Shown: positions 55,143 through 63,769 of the stretch, in pieces
How the letters are laid out: every line of letters starts with the position of its first letter
Position numbering within the stretch: position 1 is the stretch's first letter
DNA from: a virus
Direction: 5' to 3' (one strand)
Virus record (IMG/VR): IMGVR_UViG_3300045988_115074
Coordinates: 173,303 to 237,302 of that record
Length of the DNA: 64,000 bases
The notes under the pieces: model-generated
What the model was told of the DNA's origin: nothing
What the model saw: only the letters and a program-made list of their open reading frames with translations
Database searches by the model: none
Made by a program: the position numbers and the translations under genes

Positions 55143-56105
55143 ATGTCAACATTAAACGAAGAAAACAAAATTGTTTTGGTAACCGAAGCTAACAAGTTAG
55201 CTGATTTCATTTCCCTAACAATTAGTCAAACACCTAAGGGTGTTTCATTGTCCTGTTGGACAAACAAGAAATTCTTTAAAGAAGAAACTGTTTGCTCAAC
55301 TACCCAGATTAAGTTTGCAGAAAACTGGATTCATCACCTCATTGGTAAAAACAATATTACCGAAGAGGCGTGGATTATTTTACAAAAAATCTTCTTTAAA
55401 TTAGACGTAAGCGATCTTTGTTATTTAGTAGTTAGGACATCATCTGCTTCTGAAGTTAACGATAGTTATTTAACATCTCTTAAAGAATTCATTATGGATT
55501 ATTATAACCTTGATGGTGAAGAAAGTTTTAAAGTATTTATCGATAAGGTTAAGAATAATTTACTCTATGATTTTATCTCTAATAGTACTTTAATCAAGGA
55601 TAAAAATTCCCCAATTAGACTTAATGGTTTAAGAATTGCCGATACTAAGGTTAAGTTTAATGATAAAATTATTGATTTTAGTGATTTTATTTCAGATGAC
55701 CTTTTATTTAGTAATCGAGAAAATGTCTCTATCCCAGTATATTTTAAAGAAGATAAAGACCTGTCCATTTTTGACTTTGCTAATTCAAAAGATATTGAAC
55801 AATACAGAATTGGTAGTGTAAAAAGTATCTCACTTAGCATTAGTCGAAATAATTTCTTTAATGGTACTAAATGTTTTGCTAGTGTTGCTGAGGATGACAA
55901 AGAGAAACGTACTGTACGTAAGTATGTGGCTGATTCTATCAAGGATTTTCGTTTTACTTCTCCTGGTAGATACATTGACAAAACTAAACTTGACCCTAGT
56001 TTGTACAACGGTTTACGTGAAACACCTGTTGAGTTAATTCCTATCTTCGAGAATAAACCTGGTTTACCAGTTATTACTAAGTTTATTCTTAACATCTTAT
56101 TTTAA
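55143..56105 (+). CDS. hypothetical protein, paralog family A member 2 (320 aa)
   Basis: ORF track; FAENWIHHLIGK, LKEFIMDYYNLDGEESFKVFIDKV and VELIPIFENKPGLPVITKFILNILF parallel member 1. Confidence 0.8.
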   Translation: MSTLNEENKIVLVTEANKLADFISLTISQTPKGVSLSCWTNKKFFKEETVCSTTQIKFAENWIHHLIGKNNITEEAWIILQKIFFKLDVSDLCYLVVRTSSASEVNDSYLTSLKEFIMDYYNLDGEESFKVFIDKVKNNLLYDFISNSTLIKDKNSPIRLNGLRIADTKVKFNDKIIDFSDFISDDLLFSNRENVSIPVYFKEDKDLSIFDFANSKDIEQYRIGSVKSISLSISRNNFFNGTKCFASVAEDDKEKRTVRKYVADSIKDFRFTSPGRYIDKTKLDPSLYNGLRETPVELIPIFENKPGLPVITKFILNILF

Positions 56106-56114
56106 TTAACCATG

Positions 56115-56142
56115 TACTAGGGTAGTTAATTCTACCCTAGTA
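56115..56142 (+). terminator. hairpin TACTAGGGTAG-N6-CTACCCTAGTA
   Basis: Read directly. Confidence 0.7.
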
Positions 56143-56161
56143 TTTTTATAAAGGAAATATC

Positions 56162-56359
56162 GTGTCTAAATCTAAAAGATTTTATGCTTATACACCTAAA
56201 GCTAAATATTTTCCTATCACTGAAGACCCAGATGATGGATATCTGTATTTAAAACCTATTTACCTTAAATCTAGAAGAACTAGAAGAAAAAGTGTTCTAA
56301 CAAGAAATAAGGTAAAGAGAGATATTGAAAAACTTAAAGAATCATTCGATAAAGAATAA
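56162..56359 (+). CDS. small basic protein (65 aa), paralog of 59770..59976
   Basis: ORF track (GTG start after TTTATAAAGGAAATATC); LKPIYLKSRRTRRKSVLTRNKVKRDIEKL parallels IKKPMYKSKRAKRRSVIARAKIKKFSKFI. Confidence 0.65.
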   Translation: MSKSKRFYAYTPKAKYFPITEDPDDGYLYLKPIYLKSRRTRRKSVLTRNKVKRDIEKLKESFDKE

Positions 56360-56385
56360 ACCATATTAATTTAATTGTAAATTAT

Positions 56386-56415
56386 TAGTGAGAGTAGTAT
56401 ATACTACTCTCACTA
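56386..56415 (+). terminator. hairpin TAGTGAGAGTAGTAT/ATACTACTCTCACTA
   Basis: Read directly. Confidence 0.7.
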
Positions 56416-56448
56416 GTATTATTTTATTTTTTGTAAAGGAAACTGAAA

Positions 56449-56868
56449 ATGGATAATGAAGTACCATTTAGAACAATGAATTCAGAATATTTGGATAAAG
56501 ATATATTTGTATTAAATCCAATCAATAAATTCTTAATTAAGAAATACCCTAGAGAAGATTTAGGTTGTTATTGGGATACTTATCTATTTACATTAAGTTT
56601 AGTTCAAGAAAGTGATGGTTTAAATGATGTATCTGTAATTATTACACCTGAGGAATACTATAATATCCCTAACCCAAGTATCAGTAATTGTTTTAATAAG
56701 TGGTTAGAGATGTTTAAAAAAGACAATGTATCTGAGTATATTATTCTAGATGGTATTCCAGGTAAATCAGAACCTTTGTCTATTGAATTTAAAGGTATTC
56801 CAGAAGATGTTAAGATAGCACTTAATGAAGGACTAGCTAGGATAACTAAGGAATCAATAGAAAGATAA
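56449..56868 (+). CDS. hypothetical protein (139 aa)
   Basis: ORF track; GTAAAGGAAACTGAAAATG box. Confidence 0.7.
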   Translation: MDNEVPFRTMNSEYLDKDIFVLNPINKFLIKKYPREDLGCYWDTYLFTLSLVQESDGLNDVSVIITPEEYYNIPNPSISNCFNKWLEMFKKDNVSEYIILDGIPGKSEPLSIEFKGIPEDVKIALNEGLARITKESIER

Positions 56869-56890
56869 ATACATATTATTAAAATGGTAA

Positions 56891-56917
56891 TAGAGAAAGA
56901 GTTTAACTCTTTCTCTA
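56891..56917 (+). terminator. hairpin TAGAGAAAGAG-TTTAA-CTCTTTCTCTA
   Basis: Read directly. Confidence 0.65.
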
Positions 56918-56950
56918 TTTTGGTTTTATTAACATAATCAAAAAACAAAA

Positions 56951-57000
56951 CGACAATCCTCTATTCCTGTTAGCGCAGGAATAGAGGGTTAATCATGTCG
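56951..57000 (+). promoter_or_regulatory. conserved 50-nt leader hairpin of micro-ORF cassette E1
   Basis: CGACA-ATCCTCTATTCCTG-TTAGCG-CAGGAATAGAGGGTTAATCA-TGTCG, then GAAAGGAGGTGA; near-identical copy at 62087-62136. Confidence 0.6.
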
Positions 57001-57019
57001 CAGAAAGGAGGTGATTTAT

Positions 57020-57160
57020 ATGGATTTACACCTAATCCAGGTTCTACAGAACAAAGTTCTCTGTGGAATCGAGCTTTCAGAAAATGAAAAGCAGTACCTA
57101 AAGAAATACGAACAGTCGCAAAACACCGCGCTCGACAAATGGTTAGCAAATAATTACTAA
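57020..57160 (+). CDS. micro-ORF E1 (46 aa)
   Basis: Full-length SD AAGGAGGTGA 6 nt upstream; MDLHLIQVLQNKVLCGIELSENEKQYLKKYEQSQNTALDKWLANNY; paralog at 62156-62302; below the ORF-track size cutoff. Confidence 0.6.
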   Translation: MDLHLIQVLQNKVLCGIELSENEKQYLKKYEQSQNTALDKWLANNY

Positions 57161-57170
57161 CCCAAATCAC

Positions 57171-57205
57171 AAAGAAAGACAGTGTAGCAAGCATTGTCTT
57201 TCTTT
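57171..57205 (+). terminator. hairpin AAAGAAAGACA-N13-TGTCTTTCTTT
   Basis: Read directly. Confidence 0.6.
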
Positions 57206-57252
57206 TCCCTTCATATAAGGGATAGAAAATATTTTATATAAAGGAAATTGAA

Positions 57253-58281
57253 ATGAGTAATTACGTTTGGAAACAAGTAGAGAGTATTCGTCAGGATATG
57301 GTGTCTGTATTAAAAGACTCCGGCTTTGAAGTGATGTTGATGCCCAGCAAACTCACTATCAACCGTGGTAGTGAGAAAGTAGTAGAAGTCAATACGAAGA
57401 GTACAGCACCGAAAGAGTTGGTGGATGCAGCTACTGATAGCCTGTATTATCGCCAAAATATCGCCATGATGATAACTACCATAAATGCCGTTATCTATCT
57501 AAAAGGCAATATTACTAATGCAGTTAAGGGTAAGGCACATCGTGGGTTTGGTCTGTACGTGAAGATGATTGATTATCTACGTAAGCATCCTACTTCTCGT
57601 AATATACCTGTTTACTCAGACGAGGAACTCATTGAAGAAGGCGAGAAGTTCTTGAATGAGACTGAAACTGAGATCACTTGTCCTAAGCGTTTTATGGATA
57701 TTATTCCTGACGGCTATCCTTACCCAGATATTCACACACCTAAAGTGAACAAAGAGGACGAGCCTGAAAAGCCTAAAGAAGTAGAAGTCACTGACGCTAC
57801 TGTCGGTAAATACTGTAAGAAGGTAATAGAAGCTTTGGATGATGTCGCTTGGAAGTACAGTGACATTACGTATAAGTGGCGTTATGGCGACGGCCCTTAT
57901 CAAGAAGACAGTGTGCCTGGTTTGTGGTTTACTGTAAAGTTTGGTTATGCTAAATACAGATTCAAGTATACCTTGCCTTTACAAATGTGGGCTAAGTTGC
58001 AAAACCACACTGAAAAGTTTGTTGAAGAATATGGTTTGGATAAGAAACTCACCAAGAAACTCATCAAGACAGTATTGGTTAGGATGGGTCTGGACTATCT
58101 TTTCAATAACATTACCATAGTGGATGAGGTTACTGCTAAATTCACTAAGGACAATATCCGTAAAGCATGGAAAGTGATCGAAAGTGATATTGGTAAAGTA
58201 TACATGCCGAATGGTAAGTATAATACAATATTTACCCACAATATCTCCAATGATCGCACAGTGTACATCGTTAATCGATAG
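57253..58281 (+). CDS. hypothetical protein (342 aa)
   Basis: ORF track; TATATAAAGGAAATTGAAATG box. Confidence 0.8.
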   Translation: MSNYVWKQVESIRQDMVSVLKDSGFEVMLMPSKLTINRGSEKVVEVNTKSTAPKELVDAATDSLYYRQNIAMMITTINAVIYLKGNITNAVKGKAHRGFGLYVKMIDYLRKHPTSRNIPVYSDEELIEEGEKFLNETETEITCPKRFMDIIPDGYPYPDIHTPKVNKEDEPEKPKEVEVTDATVGKYCKKVIEALDDVAWKYSDITYKWRYGDGPYQEDSVPGLWFTVKFGYAKYRFKYTLPLQMWAKLQNHTEKFVEEYGLDKKLTKKLIKTVLVRMGLDYLFNNITIVDEVTAKFTKDNIRKAWKVIESDIGKVYMPNGKYNTIFTHNISNDRTVYIVNR

Positions 58282-58294
58282 GAAGGAATTTAAA

Positions 58295-58702
58295 ATGAGT
58301 ATTTTATCTTATTTGTTATTATTCAAACGACCTAAACAAATGTGTTATAAAAGTCATTTGGATATAGGAAACTATGGTTTAGATGAGTATACTAAATATA
58401 TAGAAAAGCTCAAAAGAGATTTAACCAAGATTGACTTTATTAAAGAAGTTAATGTTGGTAGAGCTGCTTCTTCAGACGATGTAGCAATCTATATTAAAAC
58501 CAATGTAGATGTACACCATATTGACTTGGATTTCACTGAGAAATACTCAAATAAAGACATCATTATCGCAGAAGCTGAATATTTCACTATTTATTCAGAT
58601 GGTAAGAAAGTGTATTTCTTTTCAACTTACAATCGTGATTTAAACAATAAATTCATGTACGCAGTTAAACGAGGTAATGTAATATGCTTAAAGAAAAAAT
58701 AA
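58295..58702 (+). CDS. hypothetical protein (135 aa)
   Basis: ORF track frame 58184..58702; the ATG at 58295 is preferred (GGAAGGAATTTAAAATG). Confidence 0.7.
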   Translation: MSILSYLLLFKRPKQMCYKSHLDIGNYGLDEYTKYIEKLKRDLTKIDFIKEVNVGRAASSDDVAIYIKTNVDVHHIDLDFTEKYSNKDIIIAEAEYFTIYSDGKKVYFFSTYNRDLNNKFMYAVKRGNVICLKKK

Positions 58703-59280
58703 TCTTCCTAGACATCGATGGTGTTCTTAACCATACAGCATTTCGTGGTGCTTGTAATATGTTAGGAACCTATTTTCATGATAAAGTAGACCCATCTAAC
58801 CTGATTATTCTTAAAGACTTACTCAGACAACATCCAGATATCAAGTTTGTAATCTCTTCATCATGGCGACGTTGTAATAAAGTCGAAGATATATCGAAAG
58901 TGTTTGAGAATTCTGGTTTTAAATTACCTATCCATGAGCGATGGCGCACTCCTGTTTACATTGATGAAGCTACTCGATATAAGATTAATCGTGATTATAT
59001 TCAGTATAATTTAGACATTGTAGAAGGAGTGGATAAGGAAGAAATTCCTAAACTATGTCGTGGTCATGAAGTATGGAAATGGTTAATGGACCAACCAGAA
59101 GGTAGTGAGACACAATATCTTATCATCGATGACGATAGAGATTTCATGAAAGCAATGAATTTATTGTGGATTAGAAATGGTGAGAATCAAGGTGGGATTA
59201 ACTTACGTTATCTTACTGAAAACATTATACCATTCTTTAATAGTGAACCTACTGGTGTAGGAATGTATCGTAAAGAATAA
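58684..59280 (+). CDS. HAD-superfamily hydrolase-like protein
   Basis: N-terminal IFLDIDGVLNH (DxDG motif I) and VISSSWR (motif II-like), as in small phage/RNA-repair-associated HAD proteins. Confidence 0.6.
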   Translation: MLKEKIIFLDIDGVLNHTAFRGACNMLGTYFHDKVDPSNLIILKDLLRQHPDIKFVISSSWRRCNKVEDISKVFENSGFKLPIHERWRTPVYIDEATRYKINRDYIQYNLDIVEGVDKEEIPKLCRGHEVWKWLMDQPEGSETQYLIIDDDRDFMKAMNLLWIRNGENQGGINLRYLTENIIPFFNSEPTGVGMYRKE

Positions 59281-59295
59281 TTTATTTAATAGCTA

Positions 59296-59327
59296 GGATT
59301 ACACTATGGAAAACCATAGTGTAATCT
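59296..59327 (+). terminator. hairpin GGATTACACTATGG-AAAA-CCATAGTGTAATCT plus T run
   Basis: Read directly. Confidence 0.75.
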
Positions 59328-59351
59328 TATTTTTTATAAAGGAAACAAAAA

Positions 59352-59768
59352 ATGTCTAGGAAAACACAGTATTTAAATGTAGACCAAAAGCTTTATAATG
59401 ATATCATTGGTGACATGAAATCATTTTTTAAACTACATAAAGCTAAATGGGATAAAAGTCAAGATATACTGACTACATACGAAGGAGATAAGGAATTAGT
59501 TAATCTAGGTTCTGTAGCTATTACAGCAGAAGTTACTTTAGACGAATATGCTAAATGGGCTGAATTCTACAATATGGTCGCATATGGTTTGTGTAGTTTA
59601 GCAGCATGTAAACTACCGAATCACTATTTTAATACTAACACCACGTATGGCCCTAACAAAGGGTTTATTACCAATATAAACAATATGGATGTAAATATTG
59701 GTTTTGTCACTACTGATGGGATAAAATATACCTATCGAGTTAAAATCAATTTTGATAAAGGAAACTAG
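59352..59768 (+). CDS. hypothetical protein (138 aa)
   Basis: ORF track; TTTATAAAGGAAACAAAAAATG box. Confidence 0.7.
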   Translation: MSRKTQYLNVDQKLYNDIIGDMKSFFKLHKAKWDKSQDILTTYEGDKELVNLGSVAITAEVTLDEYAKWAEFYNMVAYGLCSLAACKLPNHYFNTNTTYGPNKGFITNINNMDVNIGFVTTDGIKYTYRVKINFDKGN

Positions 59769-59769
59769 A

Positions 59770-59976
59770 ATGTCTATACGTAAGAAAGTTAGATTAAGTT
59801 ACCGTTACGAATTTGGAATTGGTGACTTATACATTGTTATTAAAAAACCCATGTATAAATCTAAACGTGCAAAACGCCGTTCTGTAATAGCTAGAGCAAA
59901 AATTAAAAAATTCTCAAAATTTATAAGTGAATCGGAATCGTTTCCTGAATTACTTGTCGAATTTGAATCAAAATAA
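59770..59976 (+). CDS. small basic protein (68 aa), paralog of 56162..56359
   Basis: ORF track frame 59752..59976; the ATG at 59770 is preferred (GATAAAGGAAACTAGAATG). Confidence 0.65.
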   Translation: MSIRKKVRLSYRYEFGIGDLYIVIKKPMYKSKRAKRRSVIARAKIKKFSKFISESESFPELLVEFESK

Positions 59977-59996
59977 CTTTTATAAAGGAAATCAAA

Positions 59997-60875
59997 ATGA
60001 ACAAAGTAAATAGTTTGGCAGCATATGTAACCTTAAATAATAAACACAACGAAAGTGTTCGTGAGTTGAGTATATTTTTAGGTTCGATTACATTACGTAA
60101 AGATACACTGGTTAAACATACCGTGTATTCTCTTTCATTTGGTTCAGACGATATCTACCATAATGAACTAGCACCATTTTGTAAGAAACTGATAGAACAC
60201 TGCATGTGGACTTATTCCGAAAATGAAGTCTATAAACAAAACCTATTCTCAAATAAAATTACAGTCTTACCATACATCATTATCAACTCATTGATTGGTA
60301 AGTGTGATATGTATCGCTTTATTAAATCTCTCTATAATGTAGAAGATAACGAAATGGATGACTTCGTACGTGCTACAGTATTTAACTATACAAGCACTAC
60401 ACTCAAACGTGAATCTTTAAATAACGCTGTTATTGATAAGCGTAAGAAAGATTTCTTAATCGGAGATGGTTTTAACATCATTGAACCATTATTGTTTAAT
60501 GACCCTATGGTAACTAGTACATGGAAACTAACAAGAAATCTTGAAGGTATTCCTGTAGTAGTAAACATAAATCTTAATCAACCATTATCCAATATAGAAG
60601 AAGACGTAGCTAAGTCTACAGCTTATCAGATTAAACATATCTTCATGGATTGTGGTGAATTACGTGCTACGATTGAACAAACCCAACAAGGTTTCTTCAA
60701 TGATATCGAGCGTGGTGTGATTAACTCTCTTATTAACCATCGTACTTATGGTAACTTCGATGATGTTATTTTAACTCCAGTCTATATTCACTCAGCAGGT
60801 GCTAATGACCCTAAAGGTGAAGATGTAGTTAAAATCATTTGTTTTAAATTAGTTAAAAAGACTGATATTATTTAA
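59997..60875 (+). CDS. hypothetical protein, paralog family A member 3 (292 aa)
   Basis: ORF track; FIKSLYNVEDNEMDDFVRATVFNY and VILTPVYIHS..VKIICFKLV parallel members 1 and 2. Confidence 0.8.
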   Translation: MNKVNSLAAYVTLNNKHNESVRELSIFLGSITLRKDTLVKHTVYSLSFGSDDIYHNELAPFCKKLIEHCMWTYSENEVYKQNLFSNKITVLPYIIINSLIGKCDMYRFIKSLYNVEDNEMDDFVRATVFNYTSTTLKRESLNNAVIDKRKKDFLIGDGFNIIEPLLFNDPMVTSTWKLTRNLEGIPVVVNINLNQPLSNIEEDVAKSTAYQIKHIFMDCGELRATIEQTQQGFFNDIERGVINSLINHRTYGNFDDVILTPVYIHSAGANDPKGEDVVKIICFKLVKKTDII

Positions 60876-60886
60876 AGGAAATTAAA

Positions 60887-61816
60887 ATGGAACGTATTGA
60901 ACAAAAAGCATTTGAATTGGCTTCAGCTATTGCTGAATTGAGAGAAAATAGTGGTTATCATGATTACACAAGTACCATGGTATCTATTTACACCCCACCT
61001 GAAAAACTAGCTAAACCAGTTTCTAAATTGGGTAAAATCTCTCAACAATGGCTTAGCCGCTTAGGTGAAATGAAGAAATCTAAAGACTTAGATGTAGATA
61101 AGTTAAAACGATACTTCTACGGTACTTCAGTCTACGCACTTGCAACAGATATTGCAAATATCATGTTTAAAGAAGACGAAGATACTACTGTGGTGGCTGA
61201 CTTTATTAAGTTTATCTATAATTTAGATACAGATGATAAATTTAATAGGTTCATGACCTATTTCTATCGATACTATGCTCGTGTGAATACATCTAACACC
61301 TATAGAAATCGTAGAGATACTGCTAAATGGTATTCTGAAATTGCTGATATTATGTTTACAGGTAAAAGTGACCGTGAGGCACTTGAAAATATCTATAAAC
61401 ATTGTATCACTAGAACAGATGGTGATACATTGGTTAGTAGTGTTTCAGATAGCAATATGCATAAACCTAAGAAAGCAAAGATACCTGTAATCACTAAACC
61501 AGATATCATTAATTTTAATGTAAATAAAGTTAAGTTAAGTGAAATCAAAGAAATGGTTATAGGTACAGTAGATTACTTCTTAGAAGAAATCATCGCAGGT
61601 AAACCTACTTTGAGAGCATGTGGTATAGAATTAGCTGGTGCATATGGTGTACATGGTAAAGGTAAACTAGAAAGTTACAGAGACAGAAAAAACAAAAAGC
61701 AATACGTGTTATATCCGATTTTCATCGATGATGACACATTAGCTCACCCTTATGTGTCTTTAGAAATCTTTAAAGAGCTTAAGACTAAAGTAGTCTTTAT
61801 TTTAGAAATTGTTTAA
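60887..61816 (+). CDS. hypothetical protein, paralog family A member 4 (309 aa)
   Basis: ORF track; ISQQWLSRLGEM, FIKFIYNLDTDDKFNRFMTYFYRYY, YVLYPIFIDDD. Confidence 0.8.
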   Translation: MERIEQKAFELASAIAELRENSGYHDYTSTMVSIYTPPEKLAKPVSKLGKISQQWLSRLGEMKKSKDLDVDKLKRYFYGTSVYALATDIANIMFKEDEDTTVVADFIKFIYNLDTDDKFNRFMTYFYRYYARVNTSNTYRNRRDTAKWYSEIADIMFTGKSDREALENIYKHCITRTDGDTLVSSVSDSNMHKPKKAKIPVITKPDIINFNVNKVKLSEIKEMVIGTVDYFLEEIIAGKPTLRACGIELAGAYGVHGKGKLESYRDRKNKKQYVLYPIFIDDDTLAHPYVSLEIFKELKTKVVFILEIV

Positions 61817-61830
61817 GAAAGGATAGTAAA

Positions 61831-62070
61831 ATGAAACCAAAGAAAACCTGTAAAAAGAAAATCGTTAAAAGGCCAGAGACTTTCCTCGTTGGGTTTAATA
61901 GTAACTTCAAATCTGATTTTAAAAGTAATTTTAATAATGGTAAAGAACCTAAAATTACTAGGTCAGATGTTGAAGAGCTTTGTGATGCAATGGTTCCAGA
62001 ACTTAAGAGAAGAGTGCGCAAACTCTATTATAAAGAGCTGGCTAAAAGTATTAGACGGCCTATATTATAA
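61831..62070 (+). CDS. small basic protein (79 aa)
   Basis: ORF track; AAGAAAGGATAGTAAAATG. Confidence 0.65.
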   Translation: MKPKKTCKKKIVKRPETFLVGFNSNFKSDFKSNFNNGKEPKITRSDVEELCDAMVPELKRRVRKLYYKELAKSIRRPIL

Positions 62071-62086
62071 AAATTAAATCATAAAA

Positions 62087-62136
62087 CGACAATCCTCTAC
62101 TCCTGCGCTAACAGGAGTAGAGGATTAATTATGTCG
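62087..62136 (+). promoter_or_regulatory. conserved leader hairpin of micro-ORF cassette E2
   Basis: CGACA-ATCCTCTACTCCTG-CGCTAA-CAGGAGTAGAGGATTAATTA-TGTCG, then GAAAGGAGGTGA. Confidence 0.6.
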
Positions 62137-62155
62137 TAGAAAGGAGGTGAGAATA

Positions 62156-62302
62156 ATGGATTCAAGTTATCTTATCCAAACTCTTCAAATCAAGAAGATG
62201 ATGGGCACTATAACAAAAGAAGAAAATGAGTGGTTAGAATCAGCCCTAGCCACAGAGAAACAATCGTTAGATTCTTGGTTACAGAACTGTCATCACTATT
62301 AA
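62156..62302 (+). CDS. micro-ORF E2 (48 aa)
   Basis: AAGGAGGTGA SD; MDSSYLIQTLQIKKMMGTITKEENEWLESALATEKQSLDSWLQNCHHY; shares L-I-Q-x-L-Q, E-N-E-x-x-L and L-D-x-W-L-x-N with E1. Confidence 0.6.
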   Translation: MDSSYLIQTLQIKKMMGTITKEENEWLESALATEKQSLDSWLQNCHHY

Positions 62303-62344
62303 GAAGATACCATCTTCATTTCGTCCCTTCATATAAAGAAAGGA

Positions 62345-62362
62345 CTAAGGATAATTCCTTAG
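62345..62362. terminator. hairpin CTAAGGA-TAAT-TCCTTAG between convergent micro-ORF E2 and nrdA
   Basis: Followed by a T run on the plus strand and a U-rich run on the minus strand. Confidence 0.55.
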
Positions 62363-62377
62363 CCCATTCTTTTTTAG

Positions 62378-63769
62378 TTAGATTTTACAAGCACCACCGG
62401 CACAACCATCATCTAGACTATCTTGAGTGTCATCAGAACCATCGTTAGTGTGGTGATAGTATAAAGTCTTAACACCATACTTATACGCAAGCAATAGCTC
62501 TTTTAACATCTCTTTCATCGGTACTTTACCATTTGGATAGTTAGCTGGATTATAGCGTGTATTTGTAGAAATAGATTGGTCTACAAACTTCTGCATAATA
62601 GCCACCAGTTTCAACATACCCATATTATTACTATCGTACCACAAGTATTCGTAATCGTATCCTAATTTATCATATTCAGGTACGACTTGTTTCAAAATAC
62701 CGTCTTTAGAAGCCTTAACAGTAATAGGACCACGAGGTAAGTCAATACCATTAGTCGCATTACTAACTTGACTACTGCTCTCTGATGGCATCAAACTAGT
62801 CAATGTAGCATTACGCAAACCATGTTCTACAATCTCTTTACGTAAACCTTCCCAATCTAACTTATACTCAAATGAAGCAAATTCATCAATAGACTTCTTA
62901 TAAGTATCAATTGGTAAAATACCTTTAGAGTATTTAGTGTTTTCAAATGCCTTACATTTACCTTTTTCTTTAGCTAATTGTACAGATGATTTTAAAGCAT
63001 AGTATTGAATAGCTTCAAACAATTCATGAGTTAGCTTATGTCCACTAGCATTACTATAACGAGCACCATTTTTAGCTAAGTAATAAGCATAGTTAATTAC
63101 ACCAATACCTAATGGACGATATTTATCTACAGAATTACGAGCTGCTTTAACAGGATAGTTTTGATAATCTAATACAGAATCAAGAGCACGTACAATTAAA
63201 TCCATAGACTCTTCAATATCTTCTAGCTTATCTTTATCTACCATACCTAGGTTTAAAGCGCCTAGTGTACATAAAGCAATCTCACCTTCTTCATCTAAGA
63301 TATTATTCAAAGGCTTAATAGGTAGGGTTATTTCGAGGCAAAGATTGCTAGTATAAATCGTAGCTTCTTTTTCAATGAATGAAGAATGTGTGTTTGCATG
63401 GTCTACGTTCATGATGTAAATACGACCAGTGTTAGCACGTTCTGACATCAACAGTGTAAATAACTCAGTAGCTTTAATAGTTTTCTTAGGAATCAGATGA
63501 TTATTTTCAGCTTCTAAATACAATTTCTCAAACAACTCTTGATCGTTAAAGTAAGCATCGTATAAACCTTCTACAGAATGCGGTGACAGTAAAGTAATGT
63601 CTTTATCTTCAATTAAACGTTGATACATTAATTTATTAATCTGCACACCGTAGTCTAATTGACGAATACGGTTGTCTTCTACACCACGGTTATTTTTTAA
63701 TACTAATAGTGATTCTACTTCCAAATGCCAAATAGGATAAAATAAAGTCGCTGCACCACCACGAATTCC
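62378..63769 (-). CDS. nrdA: ribonucleotide reductase class Ia alpha subunit, 3' exon
   Basis: GIRGGAATLFYPIWHLEVESLLVLKNNRGVEDNRIRQLDYGVQINKLMY is near-identical to E. coli NrdA ..GGVRGGAATLFYPMWHLEVESLLVLKNNRGVEGNRVRHMDYGVQINKLMY; ends DDGCAGGACKI (E. coli DDGCESGACKI). The coding similarity stops abruptly at 63769. Confidence 0.9.
   Translation of the reverse strand, partial: GIRGGAATLFYPIWHLEVESLLVLKNNRGVEDNRIRQLDYGVQINKLMYQRLIEDKDITLLSPHSVEGLYDAYFNDQELFEKLYLEAENNHLIPKKTIKATELFTLLMSERANTGRIYIMNVDHANTHSSFIEKEATIYTSNLCLEITLPIKPLNNILDEEGEIALCTLGALNLGMVDKDKLEDIEESMDLIVRALDSVLDYQNYPVKAARNSVDKYRPLGIGVINYAYYLAKNGARYSNASGHKLTHELFEAIQYYALKSSVQLAKEKGKCKAFENTKYSKGILPIDTYKKSIDEFASFEYKLDWEGLRKEIVEHGLRNATLTSLMPSESSSQVSNATNGIDLPRGPITVKASKDGILKQVVPEYDKLGYDYEYLWYDSNNMGMLKLVAIMQKFVDQSISTNTRYNPANYPNGKVPMKEMLKELLLAYKYGVKTLYYHHTNDGSDDTQDSLDDGCAGGACKI

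Noticed and set aside
56970-57194. 74-aa minus-strand ORF and 62230..62448 plus-strand ORF in the E1/E2 cassettes
   Set aside because: The short plus-strand frames with a perfect SD are conserved between the two cassettes, whereas these longer frames are not.
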